From an uncultured SAR86 cluster bacterium (lineage in GTDB: Bacteria; Pseudomonadota; Gammaproteobacteria; Magnimaribacterales; Magnimaribacteraceae), in NCBI GenBank assembly GCA_938075195.1, contig CALJGK010000031.1:10440-74439 (forward strand): DNA of 64,000 nucleotides, written 5' to 3'. This document shows, piece by piece, positions 25,293 to 37,929 of this stretch. Numbering within the stretch: the first letter of the stretch is position 1; each line of letters starts with the position of its first letter. The notes under the pieces are model-generated. The model did no database searches, was not told the DNA's origin, and worked only from the letters and a program-made list of their open reading frames with translations. Both the position numbers and the translations under genes were made by a program.

Positions 25293-25550
25293 ATGGCACA
25301 TAAAAAAGCAGGTGGAAGTAGTAGGAATGGAAGAGATTCCAATTCTAAAAGATTGGGCGTAAAGAGTTTTGGTGGACAAACTATCTCTGCTGGCTCAATC
25401 ATAGTAAGACAAAGAGGAACTAAATTTCACCCTGGAAAAAATGTAGGTTGTGGAAAAGACCACACACTTTTCTCAAAGGTGGATGGTACGGTTTCTTTTA
25501 TCAAGAAAGGTCCCAAGTTAAGACAGTTCGTCAATGTAGAGCCTGTTTAA
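25293..25550 (+). CDS. rpmA: 50S ribosomal protein L27
   Basis: [24 protein letters not shown]. Confidence 0.99.
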   Translation: MAHKKAGGSSRNGRDSNSKRLGVKSFGGQTISAGSIIVRQRGTKFHPGKNVGCGKDHTLFSKVDGTVSFIKKGPKLRQFVNVEPV

Positions 25551-25574
25551 AAGGCAGAACCTCCTTCCCAATAA

Positions 25575-27707
<2,133 letters not shown>

Positions 27708-27711
<4 letters not shown>

Positions 27712-27968
27712 AGTGCTTTAACTTTTTTTGAAAGTCTAGATTTCGTTCTTGATGCTTTATTTTTAGAAATCACCTTTTTACCGGCCATCGCATCGAGTGT
27801 TTTTTCAGCTGTGGCTAGTGCCTCTTTAGCTGTATCTTTATTCTTTTCTTCTATAGCACCAAGTACAGCTTTCACTGCTGTTCTAGTTGAAGCTCTTTGG
27901 GAGCTTTTGAGAGCATTCCTTTTGACGTTCTGTCTTGCTCTTTTTATTGCTGATTTAATATTTGCCAT
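27708..27968 (-). CDS. rpsT: 30S ribosomal protein S20
   Basis: MANIKSAIKRARQ, KNKASRTKSRL. Confidence 0.98.
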
Positions 27969-28041
27969 TAATCTTGTATATCACTGAGAGGCGAGCATAA
28001 TGCATTCTGAATAAGAGAGTGTCAAGTAACAATATCTAATA

Positions 28042-29037
28042 ATGTCTAATAAGTATTTAATTGTAATACTACGATTTCATGGTGATGTACTGCTCACTAA
28101 ACCTATGTTAGACAACATAAAACTAAATGATCCTGATAGTGAAATAGATCTTTTGGTATACAAGGGAACAGGTTCTATTTTAGAACAAGAAGATAGTGTC
28201 TCTGACATTATTGAAATAGAAGCCTCATCAAAAGAAAATATTCATAAAAAGATTAAAAAAGAGATAAAACTCTGGAAAAAAATTCATACTAGAAATTATG
28301 ATTATGCGTTCTTTTTGACCACTCAATGGAGGGTCGTTCCTATAAGCTGGTCAGTTGGTAAGGCTATGAAAGCAGCAGTAGATGACAAAAAAAGAAGAAA
28401 AAATCTTTGGACTAAATCTTTCTCTGTAATATTCCCCGAGGCTTTAGAAAAACATATTGTTCAAAGAAATCTGCTAGCTTTAGAGAGTTTAGGACTCAAG
28501 ATATTTAATGAAAACTTGACTCTTAGCCCAAGGCATTTAGATATCGAATATAAAGTTCTGTGTGATTCTTTCCCCTTTCTGAATCAAGAAAATTCTTATT
28601 GTTTAATCCATCCAACATCAAGACGAGAAAAAAAATTATGGGACAAAGAAAAGTTTGGGCAACTAATAAACCTTTTACTTAGAAAAGGTCTTGCGGTTGT
28701 TATAACCTCGGGCCCAGATCCTCACGAGATAAGTTATGTAGATGACATATTAGGGAAAGCTGATATTGTCGATAAAAAGGTATTAAATCTTGCCGGCAAA
28801 ACAAGTCTTTTGGGTTTAGCAGCTTTAATAAATGGTTCTAAATTTTTTATTGGCTTAGATTCTGTGGCATCCCATATCGCAGCATCAGTAAATAAAGAGT
28901 CGATTACTTTATTCGGACCAAGCAACCCTGTGAATTGGAGACCTTGGTCCGATAAAGCACAAATTATTTCTAAAGAAGACCTTCAGAAAATAGAAGTTGA
29001 TGATGTAATGGTTCTTGTGGATGAAATGCATGCTTAA
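28042..29037 (+). CDS. Glycosyltransferase family 9 (LPS heptosyltransferase, WaaQ/RfaQ-like)
   Basis: RFHGDVLLT, HPTSR, LAGKTSL, FIGLDSVASHIAAS, LFGPS. Confidence 0.85.
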   Translation: MSNKYLIVILRFHGDVLLTKPMLDNIKLNDPDSEIDLLVYKGTGSILEQEDSVSDIIEIEASSKENIHKKIKKEIKLWKKIHTRNYDYAFFLTTQWRVVPISWSVGKAMKAAVDDKKRRKNLWTKSFSVIFPEALEKHIVQRNLLALESLGLKIFNENLTLSPRHLDIEYKVLCDSFPFLNQENSYCLIHPTSRREKKLWDKEKFGQLINLLLRKGLAVVITSGPDPHEISYVDDILGKADIVDKKVLNLAGKTSLLGLAALINGSKFFIGLDSVASHIAASVNKESITLFGPSNPVNWRPWSDKAQIISKEDLQKIEVDDVMVLVDEMHA

Positions 29038-29054
29038 TAAAGAAGGAGAGATTT

Positions 29055-29927
29055 ATGGAAAGAAAACTTAAAACATTAATGGATGGCCTAACTTTCGGAG
29101 AAGGACCGAGATGGTATCAGAATAAGTTCTATTTCTCTGATTTTTATAGCCATAAGGTTTATGCCTTAGATCTTAATGGAAATTATGAAGTAATTGTGGA
29201 TATCCCCAATCAACCCTCCGGATTAGGTTGGCTGCCAGATGGGACGATGCTTATTGTTTCAATGACAGACAGAAAGCTACTTAGCTTTAAAAATAATGTT
29301 TTAGCAGAAATAGCTGATTTAAGTGAGCTAGCTGGTTTCCACTGTAATGATATGGTTGTTGATGTTCATGGAAATGCATATATAGGTAATTTTGGCTTTA
29401 ATACTTACTCAGGAGAAGAAGTTAAATCTACTAACCTTATTTTAGTGCGACCTGGCGAAGAACCTTGTGTGGCAGCTGATGATGTTATGTTTCCAAATGG
29501 CACCGTTATTACTGAAGATGGAAAAACGTTAATCGTGGGAGAGACATACGCTGCTAAATTAACGGCATTTGATATTAATGATGATGCTTCATTGTCAAAC
29601 AGACGAGTTTGGGCTGATTTAACTAACAGTGTTGATGATGGGAATGTTCCTGTTCCAGATGGAATGTGTTTAGATGCCGAAGGGGCAATTTGGGTTGCTT
29701 CTCCTTCAACTGCAGAGGTTATTAGGGTAAAAGAAGGTGGCGAGATACTGGAAAGTATACCTGTAGAAACTAATGCATACGCATGTATGCTCGGTGGAGA
29801 TGACCTTAAGACTTTATTTATCTGTACTTCTAATGCTTCAGGAGTAGATCCTGATTCTGCTTTAAGAGAAAAATCAGGAAAGATAGAAATCGTAGAAGTA
29901 GATGTACCGGGGATTGGTAGACCTTAA
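29055..29927 (+). CDS. SMP-30/gluconolactonase/LRE family protein
   Basis: FGEGPRW, CNDMVVD, FPNG, PDGMCLDAEGAIWVA. Confidence 0.9.
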   Translation: MERKLKTLMDGLTFGEGPRWYQNKFYFSDFYSHKVYALDLNGNYEVIVDIPNQPSGLGWLPDGTMLIVSMTDRKLLSFKNNVLAEIADLSELAGFHCNDMVVDVHGNAYIGNFGFNTYSGEEVKSTNLILVRPGEEPCVAADDVMFPNGTVITEDGKTLIVGETYAAKLTAFDINDDASLSNRRVWADLTNSVDDGNVPVPDGMCLDAEGAIWVASPSTAEVIRVKEGGEILESIPVETNAYACMLGGDDLKTLFICTSNASGVDPDSALREKSGKIEIVEVDVPGIGRP

Positions 29928-29931
29928 TCTT

Positions 29932-30558
29932 ATGTTGAATCTCTTTTTAGAAAATTTTGTTTTAATCTTTGTAGCTATTGATCCAATTACTATATTGCCA
30001 ATCTTTGCTACTTTTACCCAAGGGCTGAACCGAAAAGATTTAATAACTCTATGTCTGAGAAGTACATTAACAGCCTTTGGTATTTTGCTTATATTTTGGT
30101 TATTTGGAAGTGCTTTACTTCAATTGATGGGAATAAATATCAACTCCTTTAGGATAGTTGGAGGCATGTTCTTAATGATCATTGCATATCAGATGGTATT
30201 TGAACAAAGGCAGAAAAGAAGAGAAGAAACAGTTGAGGAGGCAATGGATGATGATGAGCTTTCTTCACTAGCTACATTCCCATTAGCCATTCCTTTAATG
30301 GCAGGACCCGGAGCTATAACTTTGGTTATGTTGCTTTCTGAGAAATCTGGAAATTCTATTGAAAATCAAATTATAGGATTTAGTCCTATCATTATAGTTT
30401 TGTTTCTTAATGCTATTAGTTTATGGGCTTCAGGAAAGATAGCAAAGAGACTACCGACATCAATTTCATCAGCCCTGCAAAGAACCTTTGGACTACTACT
30501 TGGTGCACTAGCCATTGAGTTCGTTATTGAAGGCCTGAGACAGACTTTTAATATCTGA
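29932..30558 (+). CDS. MarC family membrane protein (start revised to ATG 29932)
   Basis: IDPI, FRIVGG, FPLAIPLMAGPGAI, GLLLGALAIEF. Confidence 0.9.
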   Translation: MLNLFLENFVLIFVAIDPITILPIFATFTQGLNRKDLITLCLRSTLTAFGILLIFWLFGSALLQLMGININSFRIVGGMFLMIIAYQMVFEQRQKRREETVEEAMDDDELSSLATFPLAIPLMAGPGAITLVMLLSEKSGNSIENQIIGFSPIIIVLFLNAISLWASGKIAKRLPTSISSALQRTFGLLLGALAIEFVIEGLRQTFNI

Positions 30559-30616
30559 AACCGAAGCTTCTATTGTTAAGAGAATTTGTTGTTCTACCAT
30601 GAAAATACAATACTTT

Positions 30617-30971
30617 TGGTGGAGGCGGCGGGAATTGAACCCGCGTCCATTAGTACTCTGCCACAAGATCTACATGTTTAGTTTTATCTATTAATTTGAT
30701 CTTTTTTCGCCCGATAAACAGGGTTCAAAAGACGATCTCAATTTATTCTTAAGAAATTACTAATGAGAAGAATAATTTCAGCATCTCGTGAAATCGTCTG
30801 TCTTTGGAGGCGCACGAGCACGTTACCAAGGACAGCTAGCCAATTAAGCGGCTAGAGCGTAGTCTGCGTTTTCGCCAACTAACAAGTTTGCAGCAATTTA
30901 TTAACGAGAATTACTACCTTCTCGACATGCACTTGAGGGTTTATATCTATTGTCGAAGCCAGTTCGCCCCC
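30617..30971 (-). ncRNA. ssrA: tmRNA (355 nt), tag (A)GENADYALAA
   Basis: 5' GGGGGCG pairs with 3' CGCCTCC-ACCA with G3:U; T arm GGTTCAATTCC; tag ORF 30876-30844 ending YALAA*; directly after smpB. Confidence 0.97.
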
Positions 30972-31011
30972 AAAAAAGCTATCGAAGTATACCTTTCCTT
31001 TAGAAACTTCT

Positions 31012-31485
31012 CTAATTTTTGTTTCTTTCTCTAAGTTCTTGGGCTTTTTGGCGGTCCCAATCCCTTGATTTAATTGTATTTCTTTTGTCTTGAGCCTTTT
31101 TTCCTACTGCTAAAGCTATTTCGCATTTTATGAGACCATTTTTCCAGTAAAGTTTTGTAGGAATGCAAGTATTACCTTTTTGAGACGTAGATTTGATAAT
31201 CTCATTTAACTCCTTTCTGTTCAGTAATAGTTTTCTTGATCTTGTTGGATCCATAGATAAGTTACTATTTTTAAGAGGGTCTATGTAACAACCTATTAAC
31301 CAAGCTTCACCATCTTTTAAGAGCGTATAGGCCTCGGCTATTTGAGCATTATTTTCTCTGATACTTTTAGTTTCCCATCCAAGTAAGGACAAGCCTGCCT
31401 CAAATTTACTTGATATCTCAAAATCAAATCTTGCTTTTCTGTTTTCTGAAATAGAGTTTTCAGCTTTCTTTTTCTTTTTTCCCAC
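31012..31485 (-). CDS. smpB: SsrA-binding protein
   Basis: NRKARFDF, EAGLSLLGWETKSIR, RKLLL, GKK..DKR. Confidence 0.97.
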   Translation of the reverse strand: MGKKKKKAENSISENRKARFDFEISSKFEAGLSLLGWETKSIRENNAQIAEAYTLLKDGEAWLIGCYIDPLKNSNLSMDPTRSRKLLLNRKELNEIIKSTSQKGNTCIPTKLYWKNGLIKCEIALAVGKKAQDKRNTIKSRDWDRQKAQELRERNKN

Positions 31486-31523
31486 AACTCGAGTATAAAC
31501 TTTGTTATAAAATTGTAGCAGAC

Positions 31524-32009
31524 ATGAAAGATGAAGACGTTTTATTTAGATCCATTAAGGGAATATCGTATTTATCAATAGCACCTTTAATTCTTTTAAC
31601 AGCCTCTTTGTGGTTTACACCCGATAACCTAGCAATGGTCTTGGCACACCTTGCTCAATTATATTTTTCTGTTTTGTTATTCTTTTTGTTTGGAAATATC
31701 TGGTCTATCAAAGGCAAGAAAAATGTATTAGTTTCTAAGCTTACTTTCATTTCCGTGATGCCAGTTCTTTTTGCAATAGTTGGTGGAGTTTTTACCTTCT
31801 TTATTAATCCTGTTTGGGGAATAAGTTTCTTATTATGTGCAGTCTATGCTTCAAGGCATTTCCAATATGTCACTTCAATCACTAAAACTTTAGACAAAAA
31901 TTATGTAGATCTGATTAATAAAATAAGCATTATCTTGTGTATTTGTCTTATGTTAATCTTAGTTTATTGGCTGAATCCTTATACTAATCCTATCGAAATC
32001 TACAATTAA
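31524..32009 (+). CDS. Hypothetical multi-pass membrane protein (possibly DUF3429-like)
   Basis: About five hydrophobic segments; YFSVLLFFLFGNIW recalls the DUF3429 YxAxILSFLGGxxWG pattern; not confirmed. Confidence 0.65.
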   Translation: MKDEDVLFRSIKGISYLSIAPLILLTASLWFTPDNLAMVLAHLAQLYFSVLLFFLFGNIWSIKGKKNVLVSKLTFISVMPVLFAIVGGVFTFFINPVWGISFLLCAVYASRHFQYVTSITKTLDKNYVDLINKISIILCICLMLILVYWLNPYTNPIEIYN

Positions 32010-32010
32010 A

Positions 32011-33354
32011 ATGCCAGAAGAAAAAAAATCTATTCATGGAACATGGTCGAGCCGTTGGACTTTTATCTTAGCCGCTACAGGATCAGCAGTTGGTCTTGGG
32101 AATATATGGAAGTTTCCTTATATGGCAGGTGATAATGGAGGAGGGGCTTTTGTTTTGGTCTATTTGGCTTGTATTGCCGTTATCGGTTTACCAATTATGC
32201 TTGGTGAAATCATGATAGGAAGAAGGGGTAGAAGTAGTCCTGCCAATACTATGAAAAACCTTGCAATTGAGGCCAATACTACCAAGGCATGGACTTTACT
32301 GGGAGCCACTGGAGCACTGGCTGGATTATTAATCCTTTCTTTTTATAGTGTTGCCGCTGGTTGGGCTCTATCATATGTATTCAATGGGTTTCAAAATATA
32401 ACTCCTGAGAGCTCTGCAGAGAGCTTCAATAGTCTTCTGTCTAATCCGTCTTCATTAATTTTTTGGCATACCCTTTTTATATCGGTTACCGTTTTTATTG
32501 TTGCTAGAGGGATACTGGATGGTCTTGAGAAGTGGATAAATACTCTAATGCCAATGTTATTTGTAATCGTACTTATGCTCTGCCTCTACGCAACAACAAC
32601 AGGTGCGTTTCTTGAAGGTCTTACTTACCTTTTTAAACCTGACTTCAGCAAAATTACGCCTGAAGTTATGTTGGAAGCCCTTGGGCAAGCGTTTTTTACT
32701 CTAAGCTTAGGAATGGGGGCTATTATGGCCTACGGAGCCTATATGCCGGCTGACCAAAATATTGGTAAAACGGCTATTTCTGTTGCTGCTTTGGATACAG
32801 GAGTTGCTTTGCTGGCTGGAATAGCAATTTTTCCTATAGTCTTTGCAAATGGCTTGACCGCATCAGAGGGTCCAGGACTAGTTTTTGTAACACTACCTAT
32901 TGCGTTTAGCTCTATGCCGTTAGGTATTTTTTTTGGAACATTATTCTTTATTTTATTAAGCATAGCAGCCTTGAGCTCCTCTGTATCACTAATAGAACCA
33001 GGAGTGGCTTGGTTAATTGAATCTCTAAGAATTAAAAGAATTACAGCTACGATAATTTTAGGCTTCTTGGCATGGTTTATAGGCCTTTTTAGTGCATTGT
33101 CATTCAATCTTCTGTCTGAGTTTACAATTTTTGGAAGAAACTTTTTTGATGCTACTGATTTCTTAACCAATCAAATCATGCTGCCTCTTGGCGGTATTTT
33201 TATTGCCGTCTTTGTGGGCTGGGTAATGAAAAAAGAACATGTCTTGAATGAACTGGACGTTGAGGAAAATTTTATTTTTAGGTTCTGGTATTTCAGTATT
33301 CGTTATATCTCACCTGTCATGGTGAGTTGTGTTTTTCTATACTTCTTTATCTAG
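32011..33354 (+). CDS. Sodium-dependent transporter, NSS/SNF family
   Basis: FILAATGSAVGLGNIWKFPY, GQAFFTLSLG, GPGLVF. Confidence 0.95.
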   Translation: MPEEKKSIHGTWSSRWTFILAATGSAVGLGNIWKFPYMAGDNGGGAFVLVYLACIAVIGLPIMLGEIMIGRRGRSSPANTMKNLAIEANTTKAWTLLGATGALAGLLILSFYSVAAGWALSYVFNGFQNITPESSAESFNSLLSNPSSLIFWHTLFISVTVFIVARGILDGLEKWINTLMPMLFVIVLMLCLYATTTGAFLEGLTYLFKPDFSKITPEVMLEALGQAFFTLSLGMGAIMAYGAYMPADQNIGKTAISVAALDTGVALLAGIAIFPIVFANGLTASEGPGLVFVTLPIAFSSMPLGIFFGTLFFILLSIAALSSSVSLIEPGVAWLIESLRIKRITATIILGFLAWFIGLFSALSFNLLSEFTIFGRNFFDATDFLTNQIMLPLGGIFIAVFVGWVMKKEHVLNELDVEENFIFRFWYFSIRYISPVMVSCVFLYFFI

Positions 33355-33355
33355 G

Positions 33356-33685
33356 CTATTCATTAGAGACAATTTCACCATCCCATCTAAGTAATGCGTT
33401 GTCCTTGAAGAATAGTGTAATTTTTTGTTCTGTATAAATCGTTTCCCCTTGTGTTACAGAAGTAAAATAGTCCCATCGATTAGGAGAAAAAGTGTCTGAT
33501 ATTAATGGAGTTCCCATTACAAATTTTACTTGAGACTCCGTCATGCCAATTTCTAACTTATCAATCATTTCTTGATCTACAAGGTTACCTTGGCTGATCA
33601 CTACTTGATATGTTCTTGGTAAGCTGCAGCTGGCAACTAACAGTGTTGAGGCCGCTATAAGCGCTATTGATAAATTTTTTCTCAT
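33356..33685 (-). CDS. bamE: Outer-membrane assembly lipoprotein BamE
   Basis: Lipobox VASC, QGN, GMTESQV...GTP, RWDY; divergent from fur. Confidence 0.93.
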   Translation of the reverse strand: MRKNLSIALIAASTLLVASCSLPRTYQVVISQGNLVDQEMIDKLEIGMTESQVKFVMGTPLISDTFSPNRWDYFTSVTQGETIYTEQKITLFFKDNALLRWDGEIVSNE

Positions 33686-33761
33686 TTATTTTCTATTAAG
33701 GGGTTTTGGACATTATAATAGCAACTCTAACTTATGCTTACACAATTAAAAGGTAATTAAA

Positions 33762-34169
33762 TTGACTGACGACGCAGAATTAAAAAAAGCTGGATTAAAG
33801 GTAACTCTGCCAAGACTTCGAATTCTTGAACTTCTTGAAGATGGAGACAAGTCTCACCTTAGTGCTGAAGAAATATATAGACGTTTAATTGATGCTGGCG
33901 AAGAAGTAGGTCTTGCAACTGTGTACAGGGTTCTTACTCAATTCGAACAAGCTGGAATTTGTATAAGGCATAATTTTGAAGAAGGTCATGCTGTATATGA
34001 ATTAACCCCTTCAGATCATCATGACCATATGGTGTGTCTAGATACTGGTGATGTTATTGAGTTTTCAGATGACTTGATCGAAGAAAGGCAAAAAATACTT
34101 GCCGAAGAAAAAGGTTATGAAATCATAGACCACAGTATGGTTCTATACGTAAAACCTCTTAAAGACTAA
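33762..34169 (+). CDS. fur: Ferric uptake regulator (TTG start)
   Basis: LKKAGLKVTLPRL, GLATVYRVLTQFE, HHDHMVC. Confidence 0.97.
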   Translation: MTDDAELKKAGLKVTLPRLRILELLEDGDKSHLSAEEIYRRLIDAGEEVGLATVYRVLTQFEQAGICIRHNFEEGHAVYELTPSDHHDHMVCLDTGDVIEFSDDLIEERQKILAEEKGYEIIDHSMVLYVKPLKD

Positions 34170-34173
34170 TTAA

Positions 34174-34199
34174 CTTGAATAGACTTTTTTAAGCCCCAT
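34174..34199 (+). promoter_or_regulatory. sigma32 (RpoH) promoter of grpE
   Basis: CTTGAA-14 bp-CCCCAT. Confidence 0.85.
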
Positions 34200-34222
34200 A
34201 TAGGGTTTGAAAGGAGAAATCA

Positions 34223-34786
34223 TTGAACGAAAACAAAAAACAAGAAAATTCAAATTTGGAAGAAGAAATAAATCTGGATATGGCTTCAGATAATATAGAT
34301 ATTGAAGCTTCTCTGGCTGACAGCGAAGAAGAAATTTCTCAAGAAGACGTTATTAAGGACCTAGAAGATCAGATTCTTAGAGCAAAGGCAGAAGTTCAAA
34401 ATGTAAGGCGAATAGCAGCGCAGGAAGTTACTAAAGCTCGTTTATTTGGTGTTGAATCTTTGGCAAGAGAGTTTTTATCTGTCAGTGATAATTTAGAAAG
34501 AGCAATATTTTCTTGTCAAAGCAAGGAAGATGATAATGTTATACAAGAGGGTCTTGAGCTGACTCTCAAGAGCCTTGAAACTTCGTTAAAAACCTCAGGT
34601 ATTGAGCCCATAGATTGCGAAAACCAAAGTTTTGATCCAGAAAAACACGAAGCAATTTCTCTTATCGAAGACAATAAGCTTGAACCAAATACTATCATTG
34701 ATGTTGTTCTCAAAGGCTATACGATTATGGACAGAACCCTCAGACCTGCAAAAGTCGTAGTTTCAAAAAATACCGAAGAAAAGTAA
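34223..34786 (+). CDS. grpE: Nucleotide exchange factor GrpE (TTG start)
   Basis: RAKAEVQNVRR, DNLERA, FDPEKHEA, LRPAKVVVS; SD AAGGAG. Confidence 0.96.
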   Translation: MNENKKQENSNLEEEINLDMASDNIDIEASLADSEEEISQEDVIKDLEDQILRAKAEVQNVRRIAAQEVTKARLFGVESLAREFLSVSDNLERAIFSCQSKEDDNVIQEGLELTLKSLETSLKTSGIEPIDCENQSFDPEKHEAISLIEDNKLEPNTIIDVVLKGYTIMDRTLRPAKVVVSKNTEEK

Positions 34787-34793
34787 AAAACCC

Positions 34794-34819
34794 CTTGAAA
34801 TTGGAAACATAAGCCCCAT
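34794..34819 (+). promoter_or_regulatory. sigma32 (RpoH) promoter of dnaK
   Basis: CTTGAA-14 bp-CCCCAT. Confidence 0.85.
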
Positions 34820-34854
34820 CTTATGTAAAACAACATACTGTGGAGTTAAAGATA

Positions 34855-36774
34855 ATGGCAAAAGTAATAGGTATTGATTTAGGAACAACGAATTCGTGTG
34901 TTTCTGTGATGGAAGGTGATCAAGCGAAAGTTATAGAAAATTCAGAAGGAAAAAGAACTACTCCTTCTGTTGTTGCCTATGGAGAAGAAATCAAGGTAGG
35001 AGACTCAGCTAAAAACCAAGCGGTAACAAATGCAGAGAATACCTTATATGCCATAAAAAGACTTATAGGTAGGAAGCATGATGATGATGTCGTAACAAAA
35101 GACAGCGCTATGGTGCCTTACAAAATAATTTCGGCCGATAATGGAGATGCTTGGGTTGAAGCAGAAGGAAAAAAACTTGCACCACAGCAAGTTTCAGCAG
35201 AAATTCTCAAGAAAATGAAAAAGACCGCGGAAGACTATCTCGGACAAGAGGTGAAAGAAGCAGTTATTACCGTACCTGCTTATTTCAACGATTCTCAAAG
35301 GCAAGCTACTAAAGATGCAGGAAAAATAGCAGGACTAGAAGTCAAAAGGATAATAAACGAACCAACAGCGGCTGCATTGGCCTATGGCCTGGACAAAGGT
35401 AAAGGGGATCAAAAGATCGCTGTTTATGATCTCGGAGGAGGAACTTTTGATGTATCAATAATTGAAATAGCTGAAATCGATGGTGAGCACCAATTCGAGG
35501 TTTTATCTACTAATGGAGATACTTTTCTTGGTGGTGAGGATTTCGATATCACATTAATTGAATATCTAGCCGATGAATTCAAAAAAGAGTCTGGGTTAGA
35601 TCTTCATAATGATTCGGCGGCCTTACAGAGATTAAAAGAAGCCGCGGAGAAGGCTAAAATTGAGCTTTCCAGCAATCAACAATCAGAGATCAATCTGCCT
35701 TACATAACAGCAGATTCATCAGGAGCAAAACATTTTGTTCACAAATTAACTAGGGCAAAATTAGAATCTTTAGTAGAAGGTCTTGTAGATAGAACTATAA
35801 AACCAACACAGACCGCACTTGATGATGCAGGCTTGAAACCTTCTGATGTTGATGAAGTCATCTTAGTGGGCGGCCAAACAAGAATGCCACTTGTTCAAGA
35901 AAAAGTTAAAGAATTCTTTGGTAAAGAATCTAGAAAGGATGTGAATCCTGACGAAGCTGTTTCTGTTGGCGCTGCCATACAAGGAGCAGTTCTCGCAGGG
36001 GATGTCACAGATGTACTGCTTTTAGATGTTACTCCTTTAACTTTAGGGATAGAAACCATGGGAGGAGTCATGACACCTCTCATTGACAAAAATACAACTA
36101 TACCAACGAACAAATCTCAAGTATTTTCAACCGCTGAAGACAATCAAACTGCTGTGACCGTTCATGTCCTTCAAGGAGAGAGAAAGCAGGCAACTGAAAA
36201 TAAAACATTAGGTCAGTTCAACTTAACAGACATACCAGCCTCTCCAAGAGGCATGCCTCAGATAGAAGTATCATTCGACCTAGATGCAAATGGTATTCTT
36301 AATGTATCAGCTAAGGACAAAGCAACAAATAAAGAACAATCAATAGAGATAAAGGCATCAAGTGGATTGTCAGACGATGAAATAGACCAAATGGTCAAAG
36401 ATGCAGAGGCTCATGCTGAAGATGACAAAAAATTTGAAGAATTAGTCCAGGCAAAAAATCTAGGAGAAAACCTAATCCATAGTTGCAAAAAGACCCTCGA
36501 AGAAGCAAAAGATAAAGTTGAAGATGCTGAAAAAGAAGCTATAGAAAATGGCATTCAAGAATTAGAAGAAGCTTTAAAAGGTGAAGATAAAGAAACAATA
36601 GATGAAAAGGTAAAGGTTTTATCAGAGGCTTCAGCACCTCTTGCGCAGAGATTATATGAAGAAGAGGCAAAAAATAAAGAAGCCGCGGAGCAGGAAGGAG
36701 CATCTGAAGAAGCAGATGTAGTTGATGCTGACTTTGAAGAAGTAACAGAAGAAAAAGAAAACCAAAATTCTTAA
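34855..36774 (+). CDS. dnaK: Chaperone DnaK (start revised to ATG 34855)
   Basis: [25 protein letters not shown]; SD GGAG. Confidence 0.99.
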   Translation: MAKVIGIDLGTTNSCVSVMEGDQAKVIENSEGKRTTPSVVAYGEEIKVGDSAKNQAVTNAENTLYAIKRLIGRKHDDDVVTKDSAMVPYKIISADNGDAWVEAEGKKLAPQQVSAEILKKMKKTAEDYLGQEVKEAVITVPAYFNDSQRQATKDAGKIAGLEVKRIINEPTAAALAYGLDKGKGDQKIAVYDLGGGTFDVSIIEIAEIDGEHQFEVLSTNGDTFLGGEDFDITLIEYLADEFKKESGLDLHNDSAALQRLKEAAEKAKIELSSNQQSEINLPYITADSSGAKHFVHKLTRAKLESLVEGLVDRTIKPTQTALDDAGLKPSDVDEVILVGGQTRMPLVQEKVKEFFGKESRKDVNPDEAVSVGAAIQGAVLAGDVTDVLLLDVTPLTLGIETMGGVMTPLIDKNTTIPTNKSQVFSTAEDNQTAVTVHVLQGERKQATENKTLGQFNLTDIPASPRGMPQIEVSFDLDANGILNVSAKDKATNKEQSIEIKASSGLSDDEIDQMVKDAEAHAEDDKKFEELVQAKNLGENLIHSCKKTLEEAKDKVEDAEKEAIENGIQELEEALKGEDKETIDEKVKVLSEASAPLAQRLYEEEAKNKEAAEQEGASEEADVVDADFEEVTEEKENQNS

Positions 36775-36803
36775 TTAGAAATTCTATTAGGCTAGAGAAA
36801 TAG

Positions 36804-37925
36804 ATGTCTAAAAAGGATTACTATGACGTTCTTGGTGTTCCAAAAGGTGCATCCGATGATGAGTTAAAAAAGGCTTATCGTAAATTGGCTATGAAATATC
36901 ATCCAGATCGAAATTCTGATGATCCAAATGCTCCAGAAAAGTTTAAAGAAGCTTCTCAAGCCTACGAAGTTCTATCTGATTCCTCAAAAAGAAATGCTTA
37001 CGACCAGTTTGGTCATGATGGAGTAGACGCCTCCAGTTTTGGTGGAGGCGGCTCTCAAGGGTTTAATGATATATTCGGCGACATATTCGGCGACATATTC
37101 GGTGGTGGAGACCCTTTTAGTAGAAGACAAAGGTCTAATAAAGGTTCTGATCTTCAATACTCAATGACAATTAATCTAGAAGATGCTGTAAGAGGAGTAA
37201 CCGAAAAGATAGCTATACCTGCTTTAGAAAGTTGCTCTACTTGTGACGGTTCAGGTGCGAGTGAGGGGAGTGAACCTATCACATGTAATTCATGCGGTGG
37301 AGCAGGCCAGGTTAGGATACAGCAGGGCTTTTTCTCTGTAGCTCAAACATGCGGTAATTGTTCTGGTTCAGGGCAAACCATCAGCAATCCTTGTAAAGAC
37401 TGCAGAGGTCAAGGAAGGGTAGAAAAACGCAAAACACTGTCTGTAAAAATTCCTGCTGGGGTTGATACAGGAGATAGAATCAGGCTATCAGGTGAAGGTG
37501 AAGCAGGTTTAAATGGTGGGCCTTCAGGAGACCTTTTTGTTCAAATTAAGGTTTTACCGCATGATGTTTTTGAACGGGATGGAAAGCATTTATATTGTGA
37601 AGCACCTATTACATTTATAGATGCTACATTAGGTGGAGAGATACAGATCCCTACGCTCGATGGTAAGGTGAAAATAAAAATACCTGAGGGAACTCAAACA
37701 GGAAAGCTATTCAGACTAAGAGGCAAAGGCATAAGTCCAATTAGGGGTGGATCAACAGGAGATCTTCTTTGCAGAGCAGTTATCGAAACTCCTCAAAGCT
37801 TATCAAAACAGCAAAAGCAACTTCTTAAAGATTTTCAAGGATCATTTTCCGGTGACTCAAAACAGAATCCTTTGAAAGAAGAATGGTTTTCTAAGGTAAA
37901 ATCTTTTTTTGATACAAAGAATTAA
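36804..37925 (+). CDS. dnaJ: Chaperone DnaJ
   Basis: HPD motif, G/F region with DIF repeats, four CxxCxGxG. Confidence 0.99.
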   Translation: MSKKDYYDVLGVPKGASDDELKKAYRKLAMKYHPDRNSDDPNAPEKFKEASQAYEVLSDSSKRNAYDQFGHDGVDASSFGGGGSQGFNDIFGDIFGDIFGGGDPFSRRQRSNKGSDLQYSMTINLEDAVRGVTEKIAIPALESCSTCDGSGASEGSEPITCNSCGGAGQVRIQQGFFSVAQTCGNCSGSGQTISNPCKDCRGQGRVEKRKTLSVKIPAGVDTGDRIRLSGEGEAGLNGGPSGDLFVQIKVLPHDVFERDGKHLYCEAPITFIDATLGGEIQIPTLDGKVKIKIPEGTQTGKLFRLRGKGISPIRGGSTGDLLCRAVIETPQSLSKQQKQLLKDFQGSFSGDSKQNPLKEEWFSKVKSFFDTKN

Positions 37926-37929
37926 ATAA

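Noticed and set aside
30559-30660. tRNA-like 3' end (T arm plus CCA) as a possible tRNA gene or prophage att site
   Set aside because: It is the tRNA-like domain of tmRNA; no integrase or duplicated att sequence was seen.
37068-37103. Tandem 12-bp repeat GAYATATTCGGY x3 in dnaJ
   Set aside because: Encodes the standard DIF motifs of the DnaJ G/F region; not CRISPR or VNTR.
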